Part shown: positions 10,387 to 19,742 of the stretch, piece by piece
Layout of the letters: each line of letters opens with the position of its first letter
Numbering within the stretch: the stretch's first letter is position 1
Source: Calditrichia bacterium
GTDB taxonomy: Bacteria > Calditrichota > Calditrichia > RBG-13-44-9 > J075
NCBI GenBank assembly: GCA_028284445.1
Contig: JANQRS010000068.1
Location: 205,300 to 269,299, forward strand
DNA length: 64,000 nt
Direction of reading: 5' to 3'
The notes under the pieces: model-generated
Seen by the model: the letters and a program-made list of their open reading frames with translations, nothing else
Told to the model about the DNA's origin: nothing
Databases searched by the model: none
Made by a program: the position numbers and the translations under genes

Positions 10387-10513
10387 AATGACCCCAAACC
10401 CCTCACAAAAAAGACCCCGATTGATGTTTCACAACATCATATCGGGGTCTTCAATTAGTCCCTATTGGTATTCAGCGGATATCCTCCCTGATTTATCCTG
10501 GCTCAAATCATAC

Positions 10514-11752
10514 TTACTTGATCAATGCCATCTTGATAGTCTGCTGAACTTGATCTGACTTCATAATCGCAATGTAGACACCAGCAGGTACTACATTACC
10601 AGCGTCAGAAGTGGCATCCCAAACAACTTCATATACACCGGGCTGAACAGCATCGTTATACAACGTCTTAACTTTCTGACCCAATGTGTTGAAGATTTCT
10701 ACCGTAACCGGGGAAAGTTCTTCACGAGTATCGGGCACGTCGAAACGAAGCGTGGTGCTCGGGTTGAAGGGGTTCGGATAATTCTGATGCAATTGGAAAT
10801 CTTGCGGTACGTCTACACCGATGGTTGTCAAGTCGCTGCCGGAACCTTGCGGCTTAGCGCTGATCGGACCGTGCTCGGTGCGTTCACCATTGGCATTGAT
10901 GTCAACAAGCTTATACCAGTAGGTATTGCTGTTGGCAACGTTGCGATCGATAAATGCATATTCCGTTTGTGCATTGGTGTTGAATTGACCTTCCAGGTCT
11001 GCGTTGTTCTGATAAGAAGCGATTTCAGTGTATTCGCCGCCGCGCTCAGTTGCACGCTGAATAGCAAATCCGAGGTTGTTGGATTCACTGGCAGTGGTCC
11101 ACTTAATCGATACCTGGCCATCCTGGCCGGTAGCAGCAAACAGGTAAAGCTGAACTGACAGCCCGCCGTCTGATCCGAGAGTTCCGGGAGAACCGGAATC
11201 ATCACTGATACCAACGATTGCCGGCAAGCTGTAACCAGCTTCACGAACAGTCGTTTCTGCCCAAAGTGCGCCATTGTTGTTGTCAGCAGTCAAATTACCT
11301 GTGAAAACAACCGCACGGCCATTCGGGCTGGGGTGTGTACCATCGTAGTTAACAGTATCGATAGTTGTAAAACCACCGAGGCCGTCCGGAGCTGCCAGGT
11401 GAATTTCGTCGGTTGCGTTTGCCAGGATGAAACCGTCGCCATAGACATAATCAGCCGTGTAATCGCCATTCTCGGCGGTATTACCATTACGGCCAAAAAC
11501 GAAGTGGCTGAAGGGTTCTGCGATAGCCGAAGAGGTGACAAATACAGTGTCACCACCAGTACCGGCATCAGCAATACGCCAACCATTGAAATCGATTTGG
11601 TTCGGAGTATTGTTGAATACTTCAAACCATTCACCATCAGAATCCGATACATCCTGTGGATTCTTCATAATTTCGACGATAATGACATCACCCGGACTTT
11701 GGGCAAACGCCACTGTCATCATAACCAATAAGAACGTAACTATGAACCTCAT
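10514..11752 (-). CDS. Secreted lamin-tail-domain (LTD) protein with T9SS C-terminal sorting domain
   Basis: Signal peptide (MRFIVTFLLVMMTVAFAQ). LTD-like segment (IIVEIMKNP...GEWFEVFN...NGWRIAD). C-terminal roughly 80-aa Por/T9SS-type sorting domain (PNPFNPSTTLRFDVP...YIAIMKSDQ..TIKMALIK). ATG at 11752 is preceded by AAAGAGGAG. The ORF-track start at 11851 is probably too far upstream. Confidence 0.7.
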   Translation of the reverse strand: MRFIVTFLLVMMTVAFAQSPGDVIIVEIMKNPQDVSDSDGEWFEVFNNTPNQIDFNGWRIADAGTGGDTVFVTSSAIAEPFSHFVFGRNGNTAENGDYTADYVYGDGFILANATDEIHLAAPDGLGGFTTIDTVNYDGTHPSPNGRAVVFTGNLTADNNNGALWAETTVREAGYSLPAIVGISDDSGSPGTLGSDGGLSVQLYLFAATGQDGQVSIKWTTASESNNLGFAIQRATERGGEYTEIASYQNNADLEGQFNTNAQTEYAFIDRNVANSNTYWYKLVDINANGERTEHGPISAKPQGSGSDLTTIGVDVPQDFQLHQNYPNPFNPSTTLRFDVPDTREELSPVTVEIFNTLGQKVKTLYNDAVQPGVYEVVWDATSDAGNVVPAGVYIAIMKSDQVQQTIKMALIK

Positions 11753-12326
11753 AGTAAACTCCTCTTTTGATTTGTTTAACGGAAAACCAAATCTTGAGCC
11801 AGATTCAGTACTTGAGTTGATAATGGATTCAAAGATTGATAGGTCTTGCACTCATTGAGGTAGGCTTAAAATAACTTCTGCCTTAAATCGCCTTGTGATT
11901 TAGCGAACATATTGCAGAAGGCTCTCAAAAATTTCTTCAGGTTTTCTAGAGGACGGTCGACGGCTCCCTGATTTCACAGGAATTAGATATTTTCTTGGTA
12001 GATCACGTCTCCCTAAGAATTTGTTTATAATGTGTTTATGGCTTGGTTTGGGAAGGGCTGGACGAGCTGCTCAGCTATTGCTAAACCTCAGAATTGGGTG
12101 AAATTTGCGGGTGATATGATAGTGCTTTGCAGGCGGTCGATTGCGTGTACTAACGTACACGTGTTGATTTGTTGTTTCGTGATGAAAATTGAGTGAGTAG
12201 TTGGTCCTTATTTTTCCCTTCAATTGCAAGAGAATTGATATCTGTTTGTAATACATCTTTAATGTCATATACCGGTTAGGCCAAATTCGTGATTTGCAGC
12301 AAATTTGCGGTGAATTGAGGACCTAT

Positions 12327-13055
12327 CTATAATTTTAGTCGGCGAAAAAGGGTATCGGGCATTGTTTTGAAGAGCCAGGCAATAAGTCGCCAGCGTTTTG
12401 TGATATAAACCAGGCTCTTGCGCTGCTCAATAGCAGAAACAATTTGTTTGCATGCTCTTTCCGTCGTCGCCATCCAGAATAATTTGCCTCTGCCGGCGGT
12501 CATTTCGCTTTCAACAAAGCCGGGACGGACGTCTGTAACGGCAATATCCCAATTGCGGCCATGAGATTGTTGCCTGAGTCCTTGCATATAGGTGCTGATA
12601 AAGGCCTTTGATGCGCTGTAGGTGGCAACGCTACCAAATCCTGCTTGTGAAGCGACCGAAGATATACCGACGATTTGGCCCTGGCCTCTTTCCCGAAAGT
12701 AATGCATGGCCATATTGGCGATCGCCACGAAGCCGGTCACATTTATATCAATGAGGTAGCGTTCTTTTTCCCAATCGCCCCATTTTTCCGAAACACCGGC
12801 GTTTATTATAATGATATCAACGTCTTCCATTTCCTTTATCAGTTCATCCAGAATGTGCCGCGCCTCGTCAGCTTCTGCGACATCCATGGCCCTGGTAAAA
12901 CTTTTTGATGGAAGAGATTGTTGAATTTGTTTTAGCAGTTCAACCCGCCTTCCGGTAAGTCCCAATTCATATCCTTTGGCGGAAAGTTGTTTTGCCAGTT
13001 CCAGGCCAATACCGGAACTGGCGCCGATGATGATTGCTCGTTTGCTATTTTTCAT
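12327..13055 (-). CDS. Short-chain dehydrogenase/reductase (SDR) family oxidoreductase
   Basis: TGxxxGIG-type cofactor motif (IIIGASSGIGLELAK), the NAG segment (IIINAGV) and a catalytic YxxxK (YSASK). Confidence 0.85.
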   Translation of the reverse strand: MKNSKRAIIIGASSGIGLELAKQLSAKGYELGLTGRRVELLKQIQQSLPSKSFTRAMDVAEADEARHILDELIKEMEDVDIIIINAGVSEKWGDWEKERYLIDINVTGFVAIANMAMHYFRERGQGQIVGISSVASQAGFGSVATYSASKAFISTYMQGLRQQSHGRNWDIAVTDVRPGFVESEMTAGRGKLFWMATTERACKQIVSAIEQRKSLVYITKRWRLIAWLFKTMPDTLFRRLKL

Positions 13056-13131
13056 TTCTGAGTTTATCGTTGCCGGTCATTATCTGCAAGCCGTATTTTA
13101 GGTCCATCACCCTTAAAATTGGCGGAATCCT

Positions 13132-14247
13132 ATGAAGCCCTTTAAGATTGAGCGCTATTTTGCGAAATATGAATTCAGCGCCAAATATTTGCTGAGTTGT
13201 TCTGATTGCGAAAGCCTGACCTTGCCGGAGCTGTTAGCCTTGGCGTCTCCGCAAGACCGTGACAGATTCGAATCCCTTCACTTGGGATATACTGAGTCGC
13301 CGGGCTTGCCGGATCTAAGAGAGGCCATCGCCGGTCGCTACGAAACCGCCTCTGGCGATGACGTGCTGATCATGACGCCCGAGGAAGGTATCTATGTTAC
13401 TATGCGGGCCTTGCTGCAACCGGGGCAAGATGTTATCTGCGTATATCCAGCGTATCAGTCGCTGTATGAAGTTGCCGCGGATAAAGGCTGCCGTATTATA
13501 CAGTGGCCTATATATAAGGACGGCGGTCGTTGGCAGATTGATATAGATTTTCTCCGTGACCATGTTTCTGCAAATACCGGCATGATTATCATCAATTTCC
13601 CGCATAATCCAACTGGTTTTATGCCGGATCATAGCCAATTTCAAGCCATTATCGATATCGCACGGGAAAATAACCTCTACCTGTTTAGCGATGAGATGTA
13701 TCGCCTTCTGGAGCATAATCCTGACGGCAGATTACCGGCAATGGTAGACTCATACGAAAAAGGCATATCCTTGAGTGGTTTGTCGAAAGCCTACTCCTTG
13801 CCGGGGTTGCGAATTGGCTGGGTGGCTTTGAAAGATAGTGAGGCTCGTCGGTGTATTCTGGGATATAAGGACTATACAACCATCTGCAACAACGCCGCCG
13901 GCGAGATTCTGGCTTTGATAGCGATTAAGAATGCCGACAAACTGGTGCAAGATAACCGAAACTTGCTTGCGGAAAATTTGCGATTGGCTGAAGCGTTCTT
14001 CCAGCGCTATGCGAATATTTTTGAATGGCTGCCGCCGCTTGGCAGCCCCGTGACTTTTCCACGCTTGCTTCTGGAGACATCCGTTGATGATTGGTGCCGG
14101 CATATCGTTGAATCTCAGAGCATCATGGTATTACCTGGGTCCGTATACGATTTTCCGGGGCAGCATTTTCGGATTGGGCTGGGGAGAAGGAACTTTCCCG
14201 AGTCGCTTGCCCAATTAGATAGCTATTTGCAAGGTCCTGGGGGCTAG
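13132..14247 (+). CDS. PLP-dependent aminotransferase, class I/II fold
   Basis: N-terminal ERYFAKYEF motif and a PLP-lysine region (SLSGLSKAYSLPGLRIGW). 371 aa. Confidence 0.8.
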   Translation: MKPFKIERYFAKYEFSAKYLLSCSDCESLTLPELLALASPQDRDRFESLHLGYTESPGLPDLREAIAGRYETASGDDVLIMTPEEGIYVTMRALLQPGQDVICVYPAYQSLYEVAADKGCRIIQWPIYKDGGRWQIDIDFLRDHVSANTGMIIINFPHNPTGFMPDHSQFQAIIDIARENNLYLFSDEMYRLLEHNPDGRLPAMVDSYEKGISLSGLSKAYSLPGLRIGWVALKDSEARRCILGYKDYTTICNNAAGEILALIAIKNADKLVQDNRNLLAENLRLAEAFFQRYANIFEWLPPLGSPVTFPRLLLETSVDDWCRHIVESQSIMVLPGSVYDFPGQHFRIGLGRRNFPESLAQLDSYLQGPGG

Positions 14248-14402
14248 GTCGATGTGAAAACAAAATTTTGCGAATCTCTTCAAAAACCGTTTCATTCACG
14301 ATAAGACGGGTTTAGAAATCTAGAAGGGCTTCGAAAAGTAATTGGAAGGTGGCTTACGCACTTCTAAATCCCTTCAATATATTATTGAGCGGAAAAGATC
14401 AA

Positions 14403-14494
14403 CACGAATATTCGCGAATAAACACGAATCTGCAACAGCTGTGAATGAAATATAGAATCAGTTGCCCTTTCGCGTAAATTCGTGTTCATTCGTG
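14403..14494. promoter_or_regulatory. Heptamer direct-repeat array (CACGAAT-N3)x3 plus inverted (CACGAAT-N3)x2
   Basis: CACGAATATTCGCGAATAAACACGAATCTG at 14403-14432, and on the other strand CACGAATGAACACGAAT at 14478-14494. Both have 10-bp periodicity. The site lies 120-210 bp upstream of the 14612 gene. Confidence 0.35.
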
Positions 14495-14611
14495 GTAAAT
14501 ATTTTAACTGCAATAGCATGCTTTCCTATCGGGGGGGAATAATCACTCTTTCCAACCAAGTCTGCTTTTCAAGCGCTGCTGAAAAAAACAAAAACTCGAA
14601 CGGAGGCTCTT

Positions 14612-14965
14612 TTGGAACAACATGTAAAAATTGTCGGTGTTTTGAACATTGCTATGGGAATTCTTGCACTGCTGGTAATGGGGGTGGGGGGCCTGCTTGT
14701 TGCCGTTAGCGGAGCGGTTGCCGCTGGACCGGAAGCGAGAGCGCTTCCCGGGTTTATCGGCAGCGCTATGGGGATACTTGGTTTGCTTTTCTCTCTGCCC
14801 GCAATTATCGGTGGCTGGTTTTTGATGCAGCATAAGGAGTGGGCAAGAATACTGATCCTGGTTCTGAGCGCCTTGAATTTGTTGAGCGTTCCTTTAGGCA
14901 CCGCTCTCGGCATTTACGGCTTTTGGGTGTTGTTAAAGCCGGAGGCGTCCAGCTTATTCTCTTGA
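14612..14965 (+). CDS. Small membrane protein (3-4 TM), function unknown
   Basis: 117-aa hydrophobic ORF, Gly/Ala/Leu rich. It is preceded by the intergenic heptamer array at 14403-14494. Confidence 0.5.
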   Translation: MEQHVKIVGVLNIAMGILALLVMGVGGLLVAVSGAVAAGPEARALPGFIGSAMGILGLLFSLPAIIGGWFLMQHKEWARILILVLSALNLLSVPLGTALGIYGFWVLLKPEASSLFS

Positions 14966-14966
14966 T

Positions 14967-16037
14967 CTAGGCGGCTTTCTCGCTGCTCATAAGCACGCTG
15001 AGAAACTTTAGATCGTCGATATTCTCTAACACAATTTTGATAATCACCATCATGGGGATGGCCAGAAACATCCCTATGATTCCCCATAACCATCCCCAGA
15101 AAATTAGCGCAACCAACACCACAATGGGACTAAGGTTGATGCTGTCGCCTATGAGGCGCGGTTCAAGAATATTCCCCACGACAAATTGAATTCCGAAGAG
15201 AACAACGCCCAGCCACAAGACCGTTGCAAAGTCGTCGTACTGAATGGTAGCCACCGTAAGCGGCAAAAGCGTTGCGATAACCGAGCCGACATTTGGGACG
15301 AAGTTTAGAGCGAAGGTGAGAATTCCCCATACGAAGATGAATTCGACGTCGAAAAAGAACAGCACAATCATGACCAATGTGGCAGTCAGTAGGCTAATCA
15401 GGGTTTTGGTAATCAGGTATTTTTGAATTTGCTGATTCATATTGCCAAGAATATCGGAGATTTGTGCGGCAGTTTTCTGCTCAAATGCAATATCCAATTT
15501 GTTGATTAGCTGATTTCGCCCCATTAGCATGAATAAGAGGAAGAGCAGTACCAGGAAGGTGTTTGAAAAGAACTTGCTGACAGAGCCAAGGATGGCGGAA
15601 ATGACACCGGGAATTGAAAAGTCATCAAGTAGTTCGCTGAGTTGGGACCACTGGGATTCGCCGGAGAACACTTCTTCCGATATACCAAAAAGACCAAGGG
15701 TATTATCCGCCAATGCGTTGATGCGCGGCGTGTATTTCGGCAATTCCTGGGTGAAGCTGTTGATATTGGCCACCACAATGCTACCCATAAAGACTAAGAC
15801 CGTGGTCGTAATCGTAATTGCCAGTATAATGGATATCATGCTTGGAACATGCCGCTTCTCGAAGAAGCTGATGATTGGATCAAGGATAAAGCGTAGAAAG
15901 GCCGCAACTGCCAGAGGAATGAAAATGCCACGGGATATATTCAACAAATAGCCAAATGCAAATAAGGCCAGGCCGCCGAGGAGAATGTTGGACATCTCTC
16001 TCGACGACAGAAAATTGCGCTCATTTTCTTCAGGCAT
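14967..16037 (-). CDS. AI-2E family transporter (PerM/YhhT-like, UPF0118)
   Basis: About 8 TM helices; the length and internal conserved stretch match the AI-2E family. The ATG start at 16037 avoids overlap with the upstream lipoprotein gene. The ORF track extends to a TTG at 16070. Confidence 0.8.
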   Translation of the reverse strand: MPEENERNFLSSREMSNILLGGLALFAFGYLLNISRGIFIPLAVAAFLRFILDPIISFFEKRHVPSMISIILAITITTTVLVFMGSIVVANINSFTQELPKYTPRINALADNTLGLFGISEEVFSGESQWSQLSELLDDFSIPGVISAILGSVSKFFSNTFLVLLFLLFMLMGRNQLINKLDIAFEQKTAAQISDILGNMNQQIQKYLITKTLISLLTATLVMIVLFFFDVEFIFVWGILTFALNFVPNVGSVIATLLPLTVATIQYDDFATVLWLGVVLFGIQFVVGNILEPRLIGDSINLSPIVVLVALIFWGWLWGIIGMFLAIPMMVIIKIVLENIDDLKFLSVLMSSEKAA

Positions 16038-16053
16038 CGGGGTGTCTCGTCTT

Positions 16054-16533
16054 TTATTTGAGTTTTTCAAGCAAGGTTTCGCGCACCATTCTTATTGCAT
16101 CTTCCAGCTCTTCCAGGCCTTCTACACCATCAACAGCGCCGTCTTTGATGGCTTTCTCTGCAGATCTCAATTTCTTGTCGACTTCTTCCCAGGACGCTGT
16201 CGATTCATCTTCGATCGTTTTATAGAATGAGCTGAGTCCTTCGCGAAGATTTCCGACTTTTTTGCTCAATTCTTCACGCTTTTCGTCGGTCAATTCTTCT
16301 TTCAGGGCTTTCTTTAACTCATCAATCTCATCCATGTTGTTGATTACTGATTCAACCAGTTTTCCCTTTACTTCATCGAACACCTTATTGGTTTGCTCGT
16401 TGACTTCGTCCTTGACCTTATCCATCATATTGCCGACTTTTTCATCGAGCGATTCCTCACAACCGCTGATTGCAAAAAACAAACAGCAGGAGATGATAGC
16501 TGCAGCTGCCCGTTTAATGGCTGTCGATCTCAT
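16054..16533 (-). CDS. Lipoprotein with coiled-coil/helical Glu-Lys-rich body, function unknown
   Basis: ATG at 16533 is preceded by AGGAGG with 7-nt spacing. Lipobox FAISGC. Highly charged helical repeats (DEVKGKLVES..., EELSKKV...). The ORF-track start at 16656 is probably too long. Confidence 0.6.
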   Translation of the reverse strand: MRSTAIKRAAAAIISCCLFFAISGCEESLDEKVGNMMDKVKDEVNEQTNKVFDEVKGKLVESVINNMDEIDELKKALKEELTDEKREELSKKVGNLREGLSSFYKTIEDESTASWEEVDKKLRSAEKAIKDGAVDGVEGLEELEDAIRMVRETLLEKLK

Positions 16534-16709
16534 TGATTTTCCTCCTTTTACGGGTGGTATTAGGGAATTATAGCGAAGCAGGTGCTTTTTGGCAACTGAT
16601 TTGAAAAACGTCGCTTTCCTGTCGAAGCTTTCTAAAAGCATCGGGGAATAACACATAGGTGTGCTTTCCAGACACTTGATGGGCGTGCTGATAATAACGA
16701 AAGGAAGCT

Positions 16710-17159
16710 ATGGCGAACTTAATCTTCCTCGCCAATCTGGCCACAACCCTGATGATGACCGGCTTGATTTGGTTTATTCAAATTGTGCACTATCCGCTCT
16801 TCGCCAGGGTGGGAGAACCGGACTTTGCACTCTATGCCAGGGCGCATAGTCATATGACGACCTGGGTAGTTTTTCCACTGATGACCGTCGAACTGGTCAC
16901 GACAGTGATGTTGTTGATTCAGCGGCCGACTGTAATCAGCGCACAAATGGCCTGGATTGGATTGATTCTGGTCGTGATTATTTGGGGGGCGACGGGCCTT
17001 CTTTCGGTGCCACAACATAACATACTTGCCAATGGATTCGATGCCGGCGCTCAGCAAAAATTGGTGGCAACCAATTGGGTGCGGACAGTTGCCTGGAGCT
17101 TGCGCAGTGGTCTCGTCTTGTGGTGGACGGCCAAAATCATTGAATCATTGAAGCATTGA
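16710..17159 (+). CDS. Small 4-TM membrane protein (DUF1772-like)
   Basis: 149-aa hydrophobic ORF. Its stop codon lies inside a CATTGAAG octamer tandem repeat. Confidence 0.45.
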   Translation: MANLIFLANLATTLMMTGLIWFIQIVHYPLFARVGEPDFALYARAHSHMTTWVVFPLMTVELVTTVMLLIQRPTVISAQMAWIGLILVVIIWGATGLLSVPQHNILANGFDAGAQQKLVATNWVRTVAWSLRSGLVLWWTAKIIESLKH

Positions 17160-17172
17160 AGCATTGAAAAAA
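17138..17172 (+). repeat. Octamer tandem repeat (CATTGAAK)x4 overlapping the stop codon of the 16710 gene
   Basis: CATTGAATCATTGAAGCATTGAAGCATTGAAAAAAC. The last codons ...AAG CAT TGA of the gene are formed by repeat units. Confidence 0.6.
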
Positions 17173-17198
17173 CGGTCGGCCGTGGGCGGTTGGCCGTC

Positions 17199-17255
17199 AA
17201 CGGCGTAGACGTTACAGATTTCAGCCCCGGGTTTGTTTTCTACCCGGGGGAATTG
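17199..17255. repeat. Second structured repeat family, copy 1 (ACGGCGTAGMCGTTACAGATT..AGCCCCGGGTTTSTTTTCTACCCGGGG)
   Basis: About 90% identical over roughly 55 bp to the copy at 54079-54137. Hairpin CCCCGGGT...ACCCGGGG nested in GTAGA...TCTAC. Confidence 0.55.
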
Positions 17256-17304
17256 GTCGGTGGCAGGCGGTTGGCAGTCTGTGTCGATTGGCCAGAATTA
17301 TGCG

Positions 17305-17355
17305 CACAATCCCCCTGCGTTCCCCTTCGAAGGGGGATTCAGGGGGATGTGCTGA
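17305..17355. repeat. GC-rich nested-palindrome element, copy 1
   Basis: CACAATCCCCCTGCGTTCCCCTTCGAAGGGGGATTCAGGGGGATGTG. The inner perfect palindrome is CCCCTTCGAAGGGG. Lies between convergent genes. Confidence 0.6.
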
Positions 17356-17422
17356 AGAACGGCCCTGCGCGGCAGAGCCGCGCATGAGAAACCGGTCAAC
17401 GAGTCAACGATTAACTTAGCCC

Positions 17423-18553
17423 CTAAGCCTGCTTTTTCTTCTTCGTTTTGGCAGCCGGCTGTGCAGCCTTATTCATAATACGTTCCTGGATGCGAATGGA
17501 ATTGGCGTGGACCATCTGATAAAAGTCTTTTACAAATTGCTCATCGAGACCCAGGTTTGTGGCGCGACGAATGCGGTCTTCGAAGAGATGATCCCAGCGC
17601 TTTACCTGGTAAATTGTCATGTTCTTTTCTTGCTTATAATGACCGATTTGAGCAGAGATTTCATTCCGCTGCGCTAACAGCTGAATCAGACCATTGTCGA
17701 TGCCGTCGATCTCGGAGCGATATACTTCCAATAAGCTGGTTTCCGGTACGTCACCTGGCTGGCGAAAGGTCAGTGCTGCCAGGATGTCGTTGAGCATGTC
17801 CGGTGTGATTTGCTGCTTGGCATCGCTGAGAGCATTGTCCGGATCAGGATGGGTTTCGATCATGAGCCCATTCATTGCAAGATCGAGTGCTCGTTGAGCA
17901 ACCGTGCCGATAAGGTGGCGATTACCGCAAATGTGGCTGGGGTCGCAAACGATGGGCAGGTTAGGTACAACACGCTTTAATTCGATGGCAATATTCCATT
18001 TGGGGATGTTGCGAAAAGGCGTTTTTTCGAAGGTGCTGAAGCCGCGGTGGATCGCACCGATTCGCTTAATGCCGGCTTTGTTGAGCCGCTCCATCGCCCC
18101 TAGCCAGAGCTGTAGATCGGGATTTACCGGATTTTTTACCCAAACCGGGACGTCTACACCCTTCAGGGCATCAGCTACTTCCTGCACAGAAAAGGGACTT
18201 ACTGTTGAACGGGCACCTACCCATAGTTCATCGATGCCGTGCTTTAATGCTTCATACACGTGATTGGCGTTGGCGACTTCAACAATGGTCTTCAGGCCGG
18301 TCTCTTCTTTTACGGTTTTCATCCACGCCAAGGCTTCTGCCCCAATACCTTCAAAATTGCCGGGACGAGTACGCGGCTTCCAGATGCCGGCGCGAAACAG
18401 GCTGACGCGTTCATTCTCCTTCAACGCACGGGCCGTTTCAACGACCTGCTCTTCACTCTCCGCACTACAGGGCCCGGCCATGATGACCGGTGTTTCCAGA
18501 CGTGACATCCACGCCGGATTCGTCGACAAATCCAGCTCGAAACTCTTACTCAT
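17423..18553 (-). CDS. aroG: Bifunctional 3-deoxy-7-phosphoheptulonate (DAHP) synthase, KDO8PS-like type I-beta, with C-terminal chorismate mutase domain
   Basis: DAHPS/KDO8PS TIM-barrel motifs (VIMAGPCSAESEEQ, KPRTRPG, IVCDPSH) are followed by an AroQ-type chorismate mutase domain (LEVYRSEIDGIDNGLIQLLAQRNEISAQIG). Confidence 0.85.
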   Translation of the reverse strand: MSKSFELDLSTNPAWMSRLETPVIMAGPCSAESEEQVVETARALKENERVSLFRAGIWKPRTRPGNFEGIGAEALAWMKTVKEETGLKTIVEVANANHVYEALKHGIDELWVGARSTVSPFSVQEVADALKGVDVPVWVKNPVNPDLQLWLGAMERLNKAGIKRIGAIHRGFSTFEKTPFRNIPKWNIAIELKRVVPNLPIVCDPSHICGNRHLIGTVAQRALDLAMNGLMIETHPDPDNALSDAKQQITPDMLNDILAALTFRQPGDVPETSLLEVYRSEIDGIDNGLIQLLAQRNEISAQIGHYKQEKNMTIYQVKRWDHLFEDRIRRATNLGLDEQFVKDFYQMVHANSIRIQERIMNKAAQPAAKTKKKKQA

Positions 18554-18557
18554 GACA

Positions 18558-19742
18558 TTACCTCGCTATATGTTTGATTCGTTCAAATGCTTCGACAATG
18601 CTCTCTTCTGATGCGCAAACAGATACTCGCACGTAGCGACTTCCGTTGCTGCCAAACACCATTCCCGGTGTAAAAAATACATGTGCATTATAAAGGATAC
18701 CGTCAAGCCATTCCTCCACGTTGCTGACCGAATCGGGAACCCGCGCCCACACAAACATGCCGGCAGTGGAAGTACCGCATTGACATCCCAGGTGAGTCAA
18801 AATTTCTTCGATTTTTTTACGTCGCGCTGCATAGCGATCATTTTGTGCCACGTGCCACGACAGCGGCAGACCCAGGGCTTCGATGGCTGCATGTTGCAAG
18901 GGTAAAAACTGCCCGCTATCTATGTTTGACTTTACTTTGAGGATAGTTTGAAGATAATCTTCCCGGGCGGCAATCATGCCAATGCGCCAGCCCGCCATTT
19001 GATGGCCTTTGCTTAGTGAATTTAGCTCAAGGGCACAGTCAAGCGCTTCCTGGTTTGTGAACACGCTCAGCGGGGTGGCGGTTCCGATCAAACTGTAGGG
19101 ATTATCATGACAGAGCAGGAAGCCATGCTTTCGAGCCAGGTCGATCAGTTTGCGAAAATCCTCAGTGCTTGCTGTGGCCCCGGTGGGCATATGCGGATAG
19201 TTGATCCACATGATGCGCAGGCGTCCATTGTCAAGGCCGGCAATCTCTTTTGTATCCGGCAGCCAGCCATTATCAGCCGTTAGATTATAGTGAACGATCT
19301 CTGCGCCGGCGAGGTTGGCGGCGCTGGCGTAGGTTGGATAGCCGGGATTGGGAATTAACACTCTATCACCGGGATTGAGGAAGGCCATGGAGACGTGAAA
19401 GATACCTTCTTTGGAGCCTAACAGCGGCAAGATTTCCCGGTCTGCATCCAGTGCTACCTGGTAGGTGCGCTGATACCACTCTGCAAACGCCCGTCGCAGC
19501 TCGGGGCGTCCCTGGTAGGACTGGTAGCCGTGATGGTTTGGCTGCGACGCGGATTCCTGTAAAGAAGCAATGACTTCATCTGCCGGCGGCAAATCGGGGT
19601 TACCGATGCCGAGGTTGATGATATCCTTTCCTTCCGCCTGAAGACGGCGCACTTCCCGCAGCTTCCGCGAAAAGTAGTATTCTTTTACCGTGCTAAGCCG
19701 ATTGGCTGCTGGTATAATCATAGGGCTTTTCCCCTTTTTCAT
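18558..19742 (-). CDS. PLP-dependent aminotransferase, class I (probable aromatic/aspartate or prephenate aminotransferase)
   Basis: GNPD, NPGYPTY and SKGHQMAGWRIG (PLP lysine) motifs. It sits between the DAHPS/CM gene and pheA. The start may instead be the ATG at 19721. It overlaps the 3' end of pheA by 29-50 nt. Confidence 0.8.
   Translation of the reverse strand: MKKGKSPMIIPAANRLSTVKEYYFSRKLREVRRLQAEGKDIINLGIGNPDLPPADEVIASLQESASQPNHHGYQSYQGRPELRRAFAEWYQRTYQVALDADREILPLLGSKEGIFHVSMAFLNPGDRVLIPNPGYPTYASAANLAGAEIVHYNLTADNGWLPDTKEIAGLDNGRLRIMWINYPHMPTGATASTEDFRKLIDLARKHGFLLCHDNPYSLIGTATPLSVFTNQEALDCALELNSLSKGHQMAGWRIGMIAAREDYLQTILKVKSNIDSGQFLPLQHAAIEALGLPLSWHVAQNDRYAARRKKIEEILTHLGCQCGTSTAGMFVWARVPDSVSNVEEWLDGILYNAHVFFTPGMVFGSNGSRYVRVSVCASEESIVEAFERIKHIAR

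Noticed and set aside
17190-17387. Small ORFs sharing peptides SPCVPLRRGIQGDV or SPGF-FYPG (17190-17387, 22565-23167, 54010-54210).
   Set aside because: The shared peptides are translations of the two palindromic repeat families. These are repeat artefacts, not paralogous genes.
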